This document shows, piece by piece, positions 9,585 through 17,840 of a stretch of DNA of 64,000 bases (position 1 is the first letter of the stretch; the number at the start of each line of letters is the position of its first letter). A program made the translations under genes and the position numbers. Under the pieces are notes generated by a model. It did not search any database, was not told where the DNA came from, and saw only the letters and a program-made list of their open reading frames with translations. Origin of the DNA: an uncultured Verrucomicrobiae bacterium (lineage in GTDB: Bacteria > Verrucomicrobiota > Verrucomicrobiia > Chthoniobacterales > Terrimicrobiaceae); contig CAVPOC010000008.1 in NCBI GenBank assembly GCA_963706955.1, positions 640,001 through 704,000 on the forward strand, written 5' to 3'.

Positions 9585-9616
9585 CCCCGTTATCGCTTCT
9601 GGGCCAGACTGTCGCG

Positions 9617-10408
9617 TTATTCGTCGGGGAAATGGTTAAGAGCTTGCGTCTTTTTCCACCGCAGCGATTTGCTGATTGAGGTCGTGACGTAATCCTTGGC
9701 CGCGAGCACAGCGTCGTAAAGAGATCGACCTCGCGCGAGCCCGGCGGCAATGGCTGCCGAATACGTGCAGCCCGTTCCATGCGTCTTGACGCCGGGAACG
9801 AACGGCGCCGCAAATTCGTCAAGACTCTTCGGGGTCACCAAAACGTCAATGGCGAGCTTGCCGCGCAAATGCCCACCTTTCAGCAGGAATGCACATCCAT
9901 AGAGCTCCGCTAGATACTTTCCGGCGTCCTTTACCTCATCGAGGCTGCGGATATCGCCTTCAGCGAGAATGCGCAGCTCGTCGAGATTAGGAGTTATCAC
10001 CGTAGCCAGTGGAAACAGCTCTTTTCGATAAGCGGTGATCGCCGACTTCTGCAGCAAGGAGTCACCGCTGCTGGCAACCATCACCGGATCCACGACAAGC
10101 TTTGTTCGCTTTCCCGACAACTCGCGAGCTACGATTTTGATGATCGCCGAGGAATAGAGCATTCCGGTTTTGGCCGAGGAAATGGGAAATGCAGAAAAGC
10201 TGAGGGCAATCTGCTCGCCCACCACGTCCGGTCGAACCGTCTGTATAGCCGACACCTTACCCGGAACTTCGGCCACCACACACGTAATGGCAGTTAGCCC
10301 GTAGCAGCCAAGATACGAAAGCGTTTTCAGGTCCGCCTGGGCGCCAGCGCCGGCGCTGTTGTCCGAACCGGCGATCGAGAGAACGACCGGCCTGCTTCGA
10401 GAAGTCAC
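9617..10408 (-). CDS. thiD: Hydroxymethylpyrimidine/phosphomethylpyrimidine kinase
   Basis: IAGSDNSAGAGAQADLK, KTGML, DPVM, TPNLDE, HGTGCT. Confidence 0.95.
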   Translation of the reverse strand: MTSRSRPVVLSIAGSDNSAGAGAQADLKTLSYLGCYGLTAITCVVAEVPGKVSAIQTVRPDVVGEQIALSFSAFPISSAKTGMLYSSAIIKIVARELSGKRTKLVVDPVMVASSGDSLLQKSAITAYRKELFPLATVITPNLDELRILAEGDIRSLDEVKDAGKYLAELYGCAFLLKGGHLRGKLAIDVLVTPKSLDEFAAPFVPGVKTHGTGCTYSAAIAAGLARGRSLYDAVLAAKDYVTTSISKSLRWKKTQALNHFPDE

Positions 10409-10493
10409 GGGAGGCCGATCAGGCGAGCGCTAAGGCTCGAACGGGCTGAACTTCCGCGAGGCATTCTTCCCGATCGAGCATTATGCTATGCCC

Positions 10494-11173
10494 TTACCGT
10501 TCGCGATTGCCGAAAACGATGAACAAGTAATAGACGAGTGTGCCAAGAGAGGCGACGAACGCCGCAACGTAGGTGAGTGCGGCCGCATCGAGCACCTGAT
10601 TACGCCGCCCGCTTCTTCGCCCGGGCGGATGATATCCATCTGTTGCAAGATGATCTTCGCGCGGCGCGAGGCATCAAACTCCACCGGCAAAGTAATCAAC
10701 TGGAACAGTGTCAGCACGAGGTAAACGCCTACGGCCAGCAAAGCCAGTTTCATGAGGCCAAAGAAGAGCCCGCCCAGGAAGATAAAGGGCAACATATTCG
10801 AAGCAAACTGCGTGACGGGAACAATCGCCATGCGAAGTTTCAGTGGCGCATAACCCTTCTGATCCTGGATGGCGTGCCCACACTCGTGCGCGGCGATGCC
10901 CAGCGCAGCAACCGAAGGCGTATTGTAAACATCTGTGGAGAGACACAGCCGTTTGTTCGTCGGATCATAGTGATCGCCAAGCATGTCGTTTATCTCCACC
11001 ACCTCGACATCGCGGATGTTAGCCGCAGCAAGAATATCACGCGCCGCCTGCGCACCGGTCACACCGGAGGTCGCGGCGATTTGCTTCCAGCGGCCAAAGG
11101 CGCTCGATACGCGCATCTGAGCCCACAGCCCAACGAGCAGCGGAACGCCTATTAAGAAAAGCCAAGTCATCAT
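10494..11173 (-). CDS. Neutral zinc metallopeptidase (YugP-like), with a 1-nt frameshift near 10600
   Basis: DHYDP, AAHECGHAIQ, TLPVEFDASRRA; the conserved C-terminus QVLDAAALTYVAAFVASLG...NRER* lies in a shifted frame ending at 10494. Confidence 0.88.
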
Positions 11174-11333
11174 AGTGCTGCAATGTATTACGAACTCTCC
11201 GACAATCAACCCGATCCGGCGTTCAACGAAATCGATCAAGCAACTCTCGTCTGTGATGAATTTTTGTAAGTTGCGGCTCCTTGCACGCAGTTCGCCAGTT
11301 GCTCAGTTCACCGGTCGATTGGGCGAATTTACG

Positions 11334-12455
11334 CTAAAGTTCGAGTTGCTTGGGGAAGTTGCTGATGAGCTTATGACCCCGATCAGTGATTACGACGACG
11401 TCTTCATGCCGAACGCCTCCCACACCCGGCCAATAGATGCCCGGTTCGACCGTAAACACCTGACCGGTTCGAAACGTCGCCGCCGCAAATCGGGGTTCCT
11501 CGTGAATTTCAAGACCAAGCCCGTGACCGGTCCCGTGAAAGAACCCGCTCCAGCGGCCGTCTTTGATGGCCGTCGGATAGCCCCTCTTGGCAAAGAAGGC
11601 TTTCGTTTCCTCATGAATCCTTTCGCCTTTGAGACCTGGCCGGAGCGCCTGCAAGACGCGCTGTTGCCCAACAAGGCAGGTCTCCCAGATGTGTCTCTGC
11701 GCATCACTGGCCCTCCCGCGAACTACCGTGCGCGTGAGGTCCCCAAAATAGCCAGTGCGAGAGTCGCGTGGGAAGATGTCCAGGATGATTAGTTGGTTTG
11801 CCGAGAGAGGACCCCTCCCGCGCTCGTGCGGGTCGCAGGCCATTTCACCACAAGCAACAATCGTATCGCCTCGCGCCTCTCCTCCCGCACGCACTACAGC
11901 GAGTTCCATTTCAATGCGCAGGTCTTCCGCAGACAGGATCCGCCCTCTCCACCGCAGTATGCCGTCTTTCCGAACCTTGGTGCCTCTCAAAACCTCATGA
12001 CCGCGCGCCATACCCGCCTCTGCAATACGAAGAGCCTCTTCGAGAGCCTTCACTTCCTGCGGCGTCTTGAACTGGCGTTGCGGCCAAAAAGTCCCGTCCG
12101 CAGCCTCAAGGCGAATCCGCTCGCCTTGCAAGCTCTGGGCAAGCCCAAGGGGAAAATCCCGCGGCGTCACCACGTGCCTGACGCCGCGGCGCTTCAGGAA
12201 TTCGCCGACTACCTTGGCGAAAGTGGGTTTGTGCTTCTTTCCCCGCTGAAGTTCCTTTTCCAGCTCCGAATAACTGGCGACCTCGTCAACTCGCGCTTCG
12301 CGGCGGCCGCGATCGACCTCGAGATCGCTCAGCAACAAAACGGTTCGTCTTCGCGACTCGAGAAAGACAAATGCATCCGGCGCCCTGAATCGTGTGGCAT
12401 ACAACATGTCAGCCGAAGTCTCGCTGGCAGCGATGATAAGTCGTGCTGGTTTCAC
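11334..12455 (-). CDS. Xaa-Pro aminopeptidase (M24 family)
   Basis: ILDIFP, GDLTRT, FFHGTGHGLGLEIHEEP, TVEPGIY, GVRHEDVV. Confidence 0.93.
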   Translation of the reverse strand: MKPARLIIAASETSADMLYATRFRAPDAFVFLESRRRTVLLLSDLEVDRGRREARVDEVASYSELEKELQRGKKHKPTFAKVVGEFLKRRGVRHVVTPRDFPLGLAQSLQGERIRLEAADGTFWPQRQFKTPQEVKALEEALRIAEAGMARGHEVLRGTKVRKDGILRWRGRILSAEDLRIEMELAVVRAGGEARGDTIVACGEMACDPHERGRGPLSANQLIILDIFPRDSRTGYFGDLTRTVVRGRASDAQRHIWETCLVGQQRVLQALRPGLKGERIHEETKAFFAKRGYPTAIKDGRWSGFFHGTGHGLGLEIHEEPRFAAATFRTGQVFTVEPGIYWPGVGGVRHEDVVVITDRGHKLISNFPKQLEL

Positions 12456-12627
12456 TGAGACTGAGTCTTGCGTAAGCCGGGCTTGCCTGTCTCACATTTT
12501 CTCGGTTTGCGGGTGAGATTTTCTCAAACATTCCGTAAAGCAAGGGGACGCATGGCGCATCGAAGTAAAGGAACCACTCTCGCCTACGAATTCTGCCCGA
12601 GCCGAGAAGCCGGACGCGCGTGTTCGC

Positions 12628-13536
12628 TTGCACCGTTGGACCCGCCTCAGCTCGAAGAAATGGGAAGATGCATGGGCTGAGCGTCTGCGATTTCTGGGAC
12701 CCTCCAAGGTGGTTTTCGTCACCTGGCCCAGCTCCAATGCCCTCAAGATCGAGGCGTACTGCCAACAACGCCAGGCGAGAGAACTCGTCAGCCGATTCGG
12801 CGGACGCGTCACTAAGGTCTCGGAGCATATCTGGACGGGTGACCCTGCACATCCACGCGCTCCATTATCGATCCGCGGAAAGCTGAAAGTCTTTTCAGAT
12901 CGACAACAGTGGCGGCAGTGGAAGCAGAGCCATTCGAGGGTCGCCGGGATCTTTATTCCCGCAGGGATGGCCTTCGGCACCGGCGAGCATGCCACGACGG
13001 CGACCTGCTTACGGCTGCTCGCGGACATTACCGAAGACGTTCCCGCCAACTTCACCGGTCTTGACCTCGGGACGGGCGCGGGAATCCTGGCAATCGCCGC
13101 GAAGGCTCTCGGAGCCGGCAGAGTCGCTGCTGTGGACTTTGATCGTGTCGCCGTCCGCATTGCCAAGCAAAACGCCCTTACCAATGGATTCTCGACGATA
13201 AAGATTTCCCACGCCGACGTCCTAACGCTCACCGTTCGCAGACCTTTCGATATTGTCCTTGCCAACCTCTTCAGCGACGTCTTGGTCCAAGCGGCGTCGC
13301 GTATTGCCCGAGTAACCCGACCTGGCGGGTGGTTGGTTTTCTCCGGTGTCCTCCGCGATCAAGTGCGGCCAGTCGCCGAGGCTTTCCTGGCCGCGGGCTT
13401 CGCAGACCCTCGCATCATCCTCCACGGAAAATGGTGCGCAGGAGTGTGTCAGAGAAAGTCCAGCCATACCTCCACGCCGCGAAGGCGCCGGATCGCACCA
13501 GGCCGGAGGCGGATTGGGAGGATATTCGGCAAATAG
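12628..13536 (+). CDS. prmA: Ribosomal protein L11 methyltransferase
   Basis: GMAFGTGEHATT, LDLGTGAGILAIAA, FDIVLANL, FSGVL; the last ~25 aa look like read-through. Confidence 0.92.
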   Translation: MHRWTRLSSKKWEDAWAERLRFLGPSKVVFVTWPSSNALKIEAYCQQRQARELVSRFGGRVTKVSEHIWTGDPAHPRAPLSIRGKLKVFSDRQQWRQWKQSHSRVAGIFIPAGMAFGTGEHATTATCLRLLADITEDVPANFTGLDLGTGAGILAIAAKALGAGRVAAVDFDRVAVRIAKQNALTNGFSTIKISHADVLTLTVRRPFDIVLANLFSDVLVQAASRIARVTRPGGWLVFSGVLRDQVRPVAEAFLAAGFADPRIILHGKWCAGVCQRKSSHTSTPRRRRIAPGRRRIGRIFGK

Positions 13537-13640
13537 TTCGAATCTGCAGACTGAATCTCGATAACGCCGAATTTCGCGAAATCGTTCTCCGCTATGGTGG
13601 CGAGGAAGCCATCCGACGCGTAGAGTCATTTGAAAAATGA
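13470..13640 (+). pseudogene. 3' remnant of a putative nucleotidyltransferase-like gene
   Basis: LHAAKAPDRTRPEADWEDIRQIVRICRLNLDNAEFREIVLRYGGEEAIRRVESFEK* has no credible own start, begins inside the prmA 3' end, and its TGA overlaps the next ATG (ATGA). Confidence 0.5.
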
Positions 13641-13843
13641 AGACCGATGTCCAAGCCGCCGCTTTTGAGCCGTTTGATCTTCCCGTCTTCGAAGTGCCAG
13701 CCATGGAGCAGCGACCAGCGAATCTCTCGTGGGAAGCGGTTATGAGAGAGACCGAATTGGTTCGGCGGTACTATCTCGACCATTACGACACCCCCGAAAA
13801 GCGCCTTCGCGACAAGAATCCAGAGCCGTTTCGGATGGATTAG
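13637..13843 (+). CDS. Small hypothetical protein (68 aa)
   Basis: ATGA-coupled to the upstream remnant; protein-like sequence MKTDVQAAAFEPFDLPVF...KNPEPFRMD. Confidence 0.65.
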   Translation: MKTDVQAAAFEPFDLPVFEVPAMEQRPANLSWEAVMRETELVRRYYLDHYDTPEKRLRDKNPEPFRMD

Positions 13844-13960
13844 ACTCGCGCGGCCGGCGTGCCAATGCCTTCGACGTAGATCCAATGAAGCTCGACGAAG
13901 ACGGGACGCCGCATCTACAAAGTTCGGCCGCGCTCTCTGCAACCGGCGGCGACTGCTGTC

Positions 13961-13988
13961 TCTCAACTCTTACCTCTCAACCATCAAC
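13961..13988 (+). repeat. Degenerate tandem heptamer repeat, consensus TCTCAAC x4
   Basis: TCTCAAC TCTTACC TCTCAAC CATCAAC. Confidence 0.75.
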
Positions 13989-13999
13989 TCTTTTATAGA

Positions 14000-14029
14000 T
14001 TGACGGCTTCTTCCCCGCGCCAGTAGTTT
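14000..14029 (+). promoter_or_regulatory. Putative sigma70-type promoter of ndk
   Basis: TTGACG-N18-TAGTTT upstream of the ndk start. Confidence 0.45.
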
Positions 14030-14068
14030 TCCCGGTCCGCTCATGACCGGTTACTGCCCTGTCTGGGC

Positions 14069-15232
14069 GTGAAAAGCCGCATGGAGCTCTCTTACGTTAT
14101 CATCACACCCTATTCGATCCGGAAGTCGCGGACAGGCGGAATCTTGTCGCGCATCCTGTCTCGATCGGGTCTAGAGCTGGCGGCGGCCCGGATGTTTGCT
14201 CCTAGTCATGAATTGGTCGACGAGTTTGTCGCAGCGTTGATACCCGAAGGAACCAAGCGACACCAAGCGCAGGAACTCCTCCGCCAATATATCTTGAAGA
14301 ACTTTTCACCCGATACGGAGAGCCTGCGTCAGCGAGTTCTCCTGTTAGTTCTCCGGGGAGAAAACGCGGTCCTGCAAACCCGCGCGATCACCGGTCACAT
14401 CGTCCAGGAGCACCCTCGCGGAGAGACGATCCGCGACACCTACGGTGATTACATCGTGGAAGACGGGCGGCTCGTCTATTTCGAACCGGCAGTGCTCGCC
14501 GCACAAGATTCCGATTCGGCGCGGAAGCACCTGGCAATCTGGGCAAAATATTCCGACTCCGATGGCGGGATTTTGGATGATTGCATTCCCTACCCCGCGG
14601 GTGAAAATGTCGAAAAGACGTTGGTCTTGATCAAACCCGACAATTTTCGCTTTCCGAATGCGCGGTTAGGGGGTGTGGTTGATCTCTTTTCACGTGCAGG
14701 ACTCTCGATCATCGGTTTCAAGGTTCACAACATGAGCGTGGCAGAAGCCGAGGAATTCTACCGGCCGGTGCTGGATGCCATGGTTTCGAAATTGACCGGC
14801 ACCAGCGGAAGACGGGCTCGCGTTGCGCTCGAAGAGGAATTCGGCGTCGCGATGAACGACTCAATAGAACACCAACTTGGCGAACTCATCGGGCCCTTGG
14901 CTGGTCGTAGCTATTGGGAGGGTATCATCCAGTTCATGGCGGGGACCCGTCCCAGTGAATGCTCGCCCGAGCGCCACACCGTCGCTGGAAATCAAAAGTG
15001 CGTCGCCCTCGTGTACCAAGGGGTTGATGCGGTCCTCAAGATTCGCGAAGTCCTCGGACCGACCGATCCGGCGAAAGCGCCTTTTGGGACGATTCGTCGC
15101 GAATTTGGTCAAACCATTATGATCAACGCCGCCCACGCCTCCGACTCGGCAGAAAACGCCAAGCGCGAGATGGACATTATTCGCGTCGCAGAAAACAATC
15201 TTCAACCACTTATCTACGCTCACCTCTCCTAA
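14069..15232 (+). CDS. ndk: Nucleoside diphosphate kinase, tandem two-domain form
   Basis: C-terminal domain EKTLVLIKPD...GPTDPAKA..GTIRREFG...NAAHASDS; NDK-like N-terminal domain (ETIRDTYG); start may be ATG 14081. Confidence 0.88.
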   Translation: MKSRMELSYVIITPYSIRKSRTGGILSRILSRSGLELAAARMFAPSHELVDEFVAALIPEGTKRHQAQELLRQYILKNFSPDTESLRQRVLLLVLRGENAVLQTRAITGHIVQEHPRGETIRDTYGDYIVEDGRLVYFEPAVLAAQDSDSARKHLAIWAKYSDSDGGILDDCIPYPAGENVEKTLVLIKPDNFRFPNARLGGVVDLFSRAGLSIIGFKVHNMSVAEAEEFYRPVLDAMVSKLTGTSGRRARVALEEEFGVAMNDSIEHQLGELIGPLAGRSYWEGIIQFMAGTRPSECSPERHTVAGNQKCVALVYQGVDAVLKIREVLGPTDPAKAPFGTIRREFGQTIMINAAHASDSAENAKREMDIIRVAENNLQPLIYAHLS

Positions 15233-15239
15233 AGAAAAC

Positions 15240-16403
15240 ATGCAACTTGCTACTCGCGTTCAAGAACTAACTCCCTCGCTCACCCTCGCCATCGACAGCA
15301 AAGCCAAAGCGCTCAAGGCCGAAGGCATCGACGTCTGCGGCTTCGGAGCTGGCGAGCCGGACATGGATACTCCAGAGCACATCAAGGCCGCTTGCATCGA
15401 AGCAATTCAAGCGGGCTTCACGAAATACACACCAAGCTCCGGCCTGCCAGAGCTGCGCCAGGCCATCTCGGAAAAGTTTAAGAAGGACAACAATCTCGAC
15501 TATAAGCCGAGCCAGATCATTGTCAGCAATGGTGCCAAGCAGTCGTGCTACAACGCGGTCACCGCAGTGTGCGATCCGGGCGACGAAGTAATCATCCCGG
15601 CACCCTATTGGTTGAGCTATCCGGAGATGGTTCGTCTGGCGGGAGCCGAGCCGGTCATCGTCGAGACGACCGAGCAGAGCGCTTGGAAGCTCACCGCGGA
15701 ACAGTTCGAAAACGCGATGACCCCTAAAACGAAGATGATCCTCATCAATTCGCCGGGCAACCCAACAGGATCGGTCTATACCCGCGAGGAGCTGCGCGCG
15801 ATCTCCGAGGTGGCCGCTGAAGAGGAAATCTATATTCTGTCGGACGAGATCTACGAACGCCTCATCTACGACGGCGCAGAGCATGTCAGCATTGCCTCAC
15901 TTACTCCCGAGGCGCACGATTTGACCATTACGGTGAACGGCTTTAGCAAGGCCTATGCGATGACGGGATGGCGATTGGGCTACTTGGGAGCTCCGGAGGC
16001 GATCGCCAAGGCCATCGATTCGATGCAAAGCCACAGCACCTCGAACCCATGTTCATTTGCTCAAAAGGGCGGAGTGGCTGCTCTCAAAGGCGATCAGCAA
16101 TGCGTCATCGATATGCGCGACGAGTTCGATATCCGCCGCGAATACATGTTCGATCGGCTCAGCAACATTTCCGGCCTGAGTGCTGTGCGCCCGACGGGAG
16201 CCTTCTACATTCTCGTCAACGTGAGCAGCTATGGACTAAAGTCGCAGAACTTTTCCGATCGCCTGCTCAGTAAGGCGAATGTAGCCGTCGTCCCCGGGAT
16301 CGCCTTCGGTGACGACCGGACGATCCGGCTCAGCTACGCCACGAGCCTCGATGTCATTAAGAAGGGGCTCGACCGCCTCGAGGATTTCTGCAAAACGCTT
16401 TGA
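15240..16403 (+). CDS. PLP-dependent aminotransferase class I/II (aspartate aminotransferase-like)
   Basis: GAGEPD, NSPGNPTG, SDEIYE, GFSKAYAMTGWRLGY, IRLSYA. Confidence 0.94.
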   Translation: MQLATRVQELTPSLTLAIDSKAKALKAEGIDVCGFGAGEPDMDTPEHIKAACIEAIQAGFTKYTPSSGLPELRQAISEKFKKDNNLDYKPSQIIVSNGAKQSCYNAVTAVCDPGDEVIIPAPYWLSYPEMVRLAGAEPVIVETTEQSAWKLTAEQFENAMTPKTKMILINSPGNPTGSVYTREELRAISEVAAEEEIYILSDEIYERLIYDGAEHVSIASLTPEAHDLTITVNGFSKAYAMTGWRLGYLGAPEAIAKAIDSMQSHSTSNPCSFAQKGGVAALKGDQQCVIDMRDEFDIRREYMFDRLSNISGLSAVRPTGAFYILVNVSSYGLKSQNFSDRLLSKANVAVVPGIAFGDDRTIRLSYATSLDVIKKGLDRLEDFCKTL

Positions 16404-16411
16404 GGCGTCCT

Positions 16412-16484
16412 TGTAGCGGCGATGTCCTCATCGCCGAAAACTAGTCAAGCGTGACGACACGACGGTGAGGACGCCGTCGCTACA
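16412..16484. repeat. Inverted pair of GTAG-type REP elements
   Basis: TGTAG-CGGCGATG-TCCT-CATCGCCG at 16412-16436 and, on the minus strand, TGTAG-CGACGGCG-TCCT-CACCGTCG at 16460-16484, between convergent genes. Confidence 0.8.
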
Positions 16485-16487
16485 GAA

Positions 16488-16733
16488 TTAGAGAGCTTCG
16501 ACGTTTACGCGACGGCCGTTCCGGTCGAACTTCACACGGCCGTCCACGAGAGCAAAAATGGTGTAATCGCGTCCGAGACCAACGTTACTGCCCGCAAGGA
16601 ATTTGCTGCCCCGCTGCCGTAGAATGATGTTTCCGGCGATCACGGACTCTCCTCCAAACTTTTTCACACCTAGACGCTTGCTTGCGCTGTCCCGTCCATT
16701 CTTGACGCTTCCTTGTCCCTTTTTGTGAGCCAT
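16488..16733 (-). CDS. rpmA: 50S ribosomal protein L27
   Basis: [34 protein letters not shown]. Confidence 0.97.
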   Translation of the reverse strand: MAHKKGQGSVKNGRDSASKRLGVKKFGGESVIAGNIILRQRGSKFLAGSNVGLGRDYTIFALVDGRVKFDRNGRRVNVEAL

Positions 16734-16742
16734 AAGCCTGAA

Positions 16743-17057
16743 CTAAGCGGTGATGGATTTGATCTTCAGCCGGGTCAGCTGGCGGCGGTGACCAACAGTC
16801 CGATGATAACCTTTGCGGCGCTTGTACTTGAAGGCAATGACCTTTGGCGCCTTGGTCTGCTCGAGAATCTCGACGGTGACTGCAGCGCCCGTCACCAGCG
16901 GAGCACCGATCGATACGGAGTTCCCATTCGACACCAGAAGAACCTCTTCGAATTTGGCATCGGCCCCCGGCTCGAAGGCAAGCTTTTCAACCTCAATGAC
17001 GTCACCTTCCGCGACGCGGTATTGCTTGCCACCGGTTTGTATCACTGCGTATGCCAT
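16743..17057 (-). CDS. rplU: 50S ribosomal protein L21
   Basis: MAYAVIQTGGKQYRV...FKYKRRKGYHRTVGHR; ATG at 17057. Confidence 0.97.
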   Translation of the reverse strand: MAYAVIQTGGKQYRVAEGDVIEVEKLAFEPGADAKFEEVLLVSNGNSVSIGAPLVTGAAVTVEILEQTKAPKVIAFKYKRRKGYHRTVGHRRQLTRLKIKSITA

Positions 17058-17175
17058 GGGTTCGTCTCCTCTGTAGGAACCTGCGAGAATCCCACACCTC
17101 ACCTGCTCCAGCAAGCGAAATTTTTCCCTTGCGCGGGGGTTCGCGAACGGCAACCTTCGGCTCTCTCTCTGCTCT

Positions 17176-17255
17176 GCTCGGGTGGTGAAATGGCAGACAC
17201 GTACGTTTGAGGGGCGTATGCCGAAAGGCATGGGGGTTCAAGTCCCCCCCGAGCA
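17176..17255 (+). tRNA. tRNA-Leu (anticodon GAG), CCA not encoded
   Basis: GCTCGGG acceptor arm, D arm TGGTGAAATGGCAGACAC, anticodon arm TACGT-TTGAGGG-GCGTA, long variable arm, GGGGG-TTCAAGT-CCCCC; the 3' C run is one base short. Confidence 0.93.
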
Positions 17256-17266
17256 CTTGCTGAGGA

Positions 17267-17301
17267 GTTGAGAGCTGAAAGTTGAGTGTTGAGAGGTGAG
17301 G
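17267..17301 (+). repeat. Degenerate tandem heptamer repeat, consensus GTTGAGA x5 (reverse complement of TCTCAAC)
   Basis: GTTGAGA GCTGAAA GTTGAGT GTTGAGA GGTGAGG. Confidence 0.75.
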
Positions 17302-17303
17302 TC

Positions 17304-17741
17304 TCAAACTCGGACCAGCCTCCAGGAAACGGCCAAGGTCTTCTCGTCGAGTGTCATCCATGCCCAGCTGGGCGGGGCACCGCGGCTCGGGCCGCCGAGC
17401 GTCCCCGGGTTGAGGACGCGGGTCAGACCGACGATTTCGTCGCGAGGGATATGCGTGTGGCCGTGGAGGAGGAAATCTGCTCCGCCGATACGCGATGGAG
17501 GGATGTGAATGAGAAGAAAAGTTTTACCGGCCCGTTCGAGGAGCAGTTGGGGCGGCAGATTGAGGCCCCAGTCATTGTTACCGAGTATCCCATAAAAGGG
17601 CCTGCCGAGCGCCTTGAGGGCATCGAGGGTTTGCTGATCGCAATAGTCCCCGAGGTGCCAAATCTCGTCGGCCTTTCTCAATTGGCTTGCCGCCGAGGCA
17701 GGAAACCTATTGTGCGTGTCGGCAACGACGGCGATCAACAT
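17304..17741 (-). CDS. Metallophosphoesterase family protein (YfcE-like)
   Basis: ADTH, HLGD, GNND, HGHTH, NPG motifs. Confidence 0.9.
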   Translation of the reverse strand: MLIAVVADTHNRFPASAASQLRKADEIWHLGDYCDQQTLDALKALGRPFYGILGNNDWGLNLPPQLLLERAGKTFLLIHIPPSRIGGADFLLHGHTHIPRDEIVGLTRVLNPGTLGGPSRGAPPSWAWMTLDEKTLAVSWRLVRV

Positions 17742-17807
17742 AGGCAGTGTTAACTCTTAAGCTTTCGGTGAAATCGCGCGCGGGCGCGTCCGCGTTTGAC
17801 GGGATGG

Positions 17808-17840
17808 CTTAAAACTTACAAACTTAAAACCTAAAACTTT
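17808..17840 (+). repeat. AT-rich heptamer repeat, consensus CTTAAAA x4, directly before the hisC ATG
   Basis: CTTAAAA CTTACAAA CTTAAAA CCTAAAA CTTT then ATG. Confidence 0.75.

Noticed and set aside
17256..17840. Integrative element at tRNA-Leu
   Set aside because: No integrase and no duplicated tRNA 3' end seen in the window
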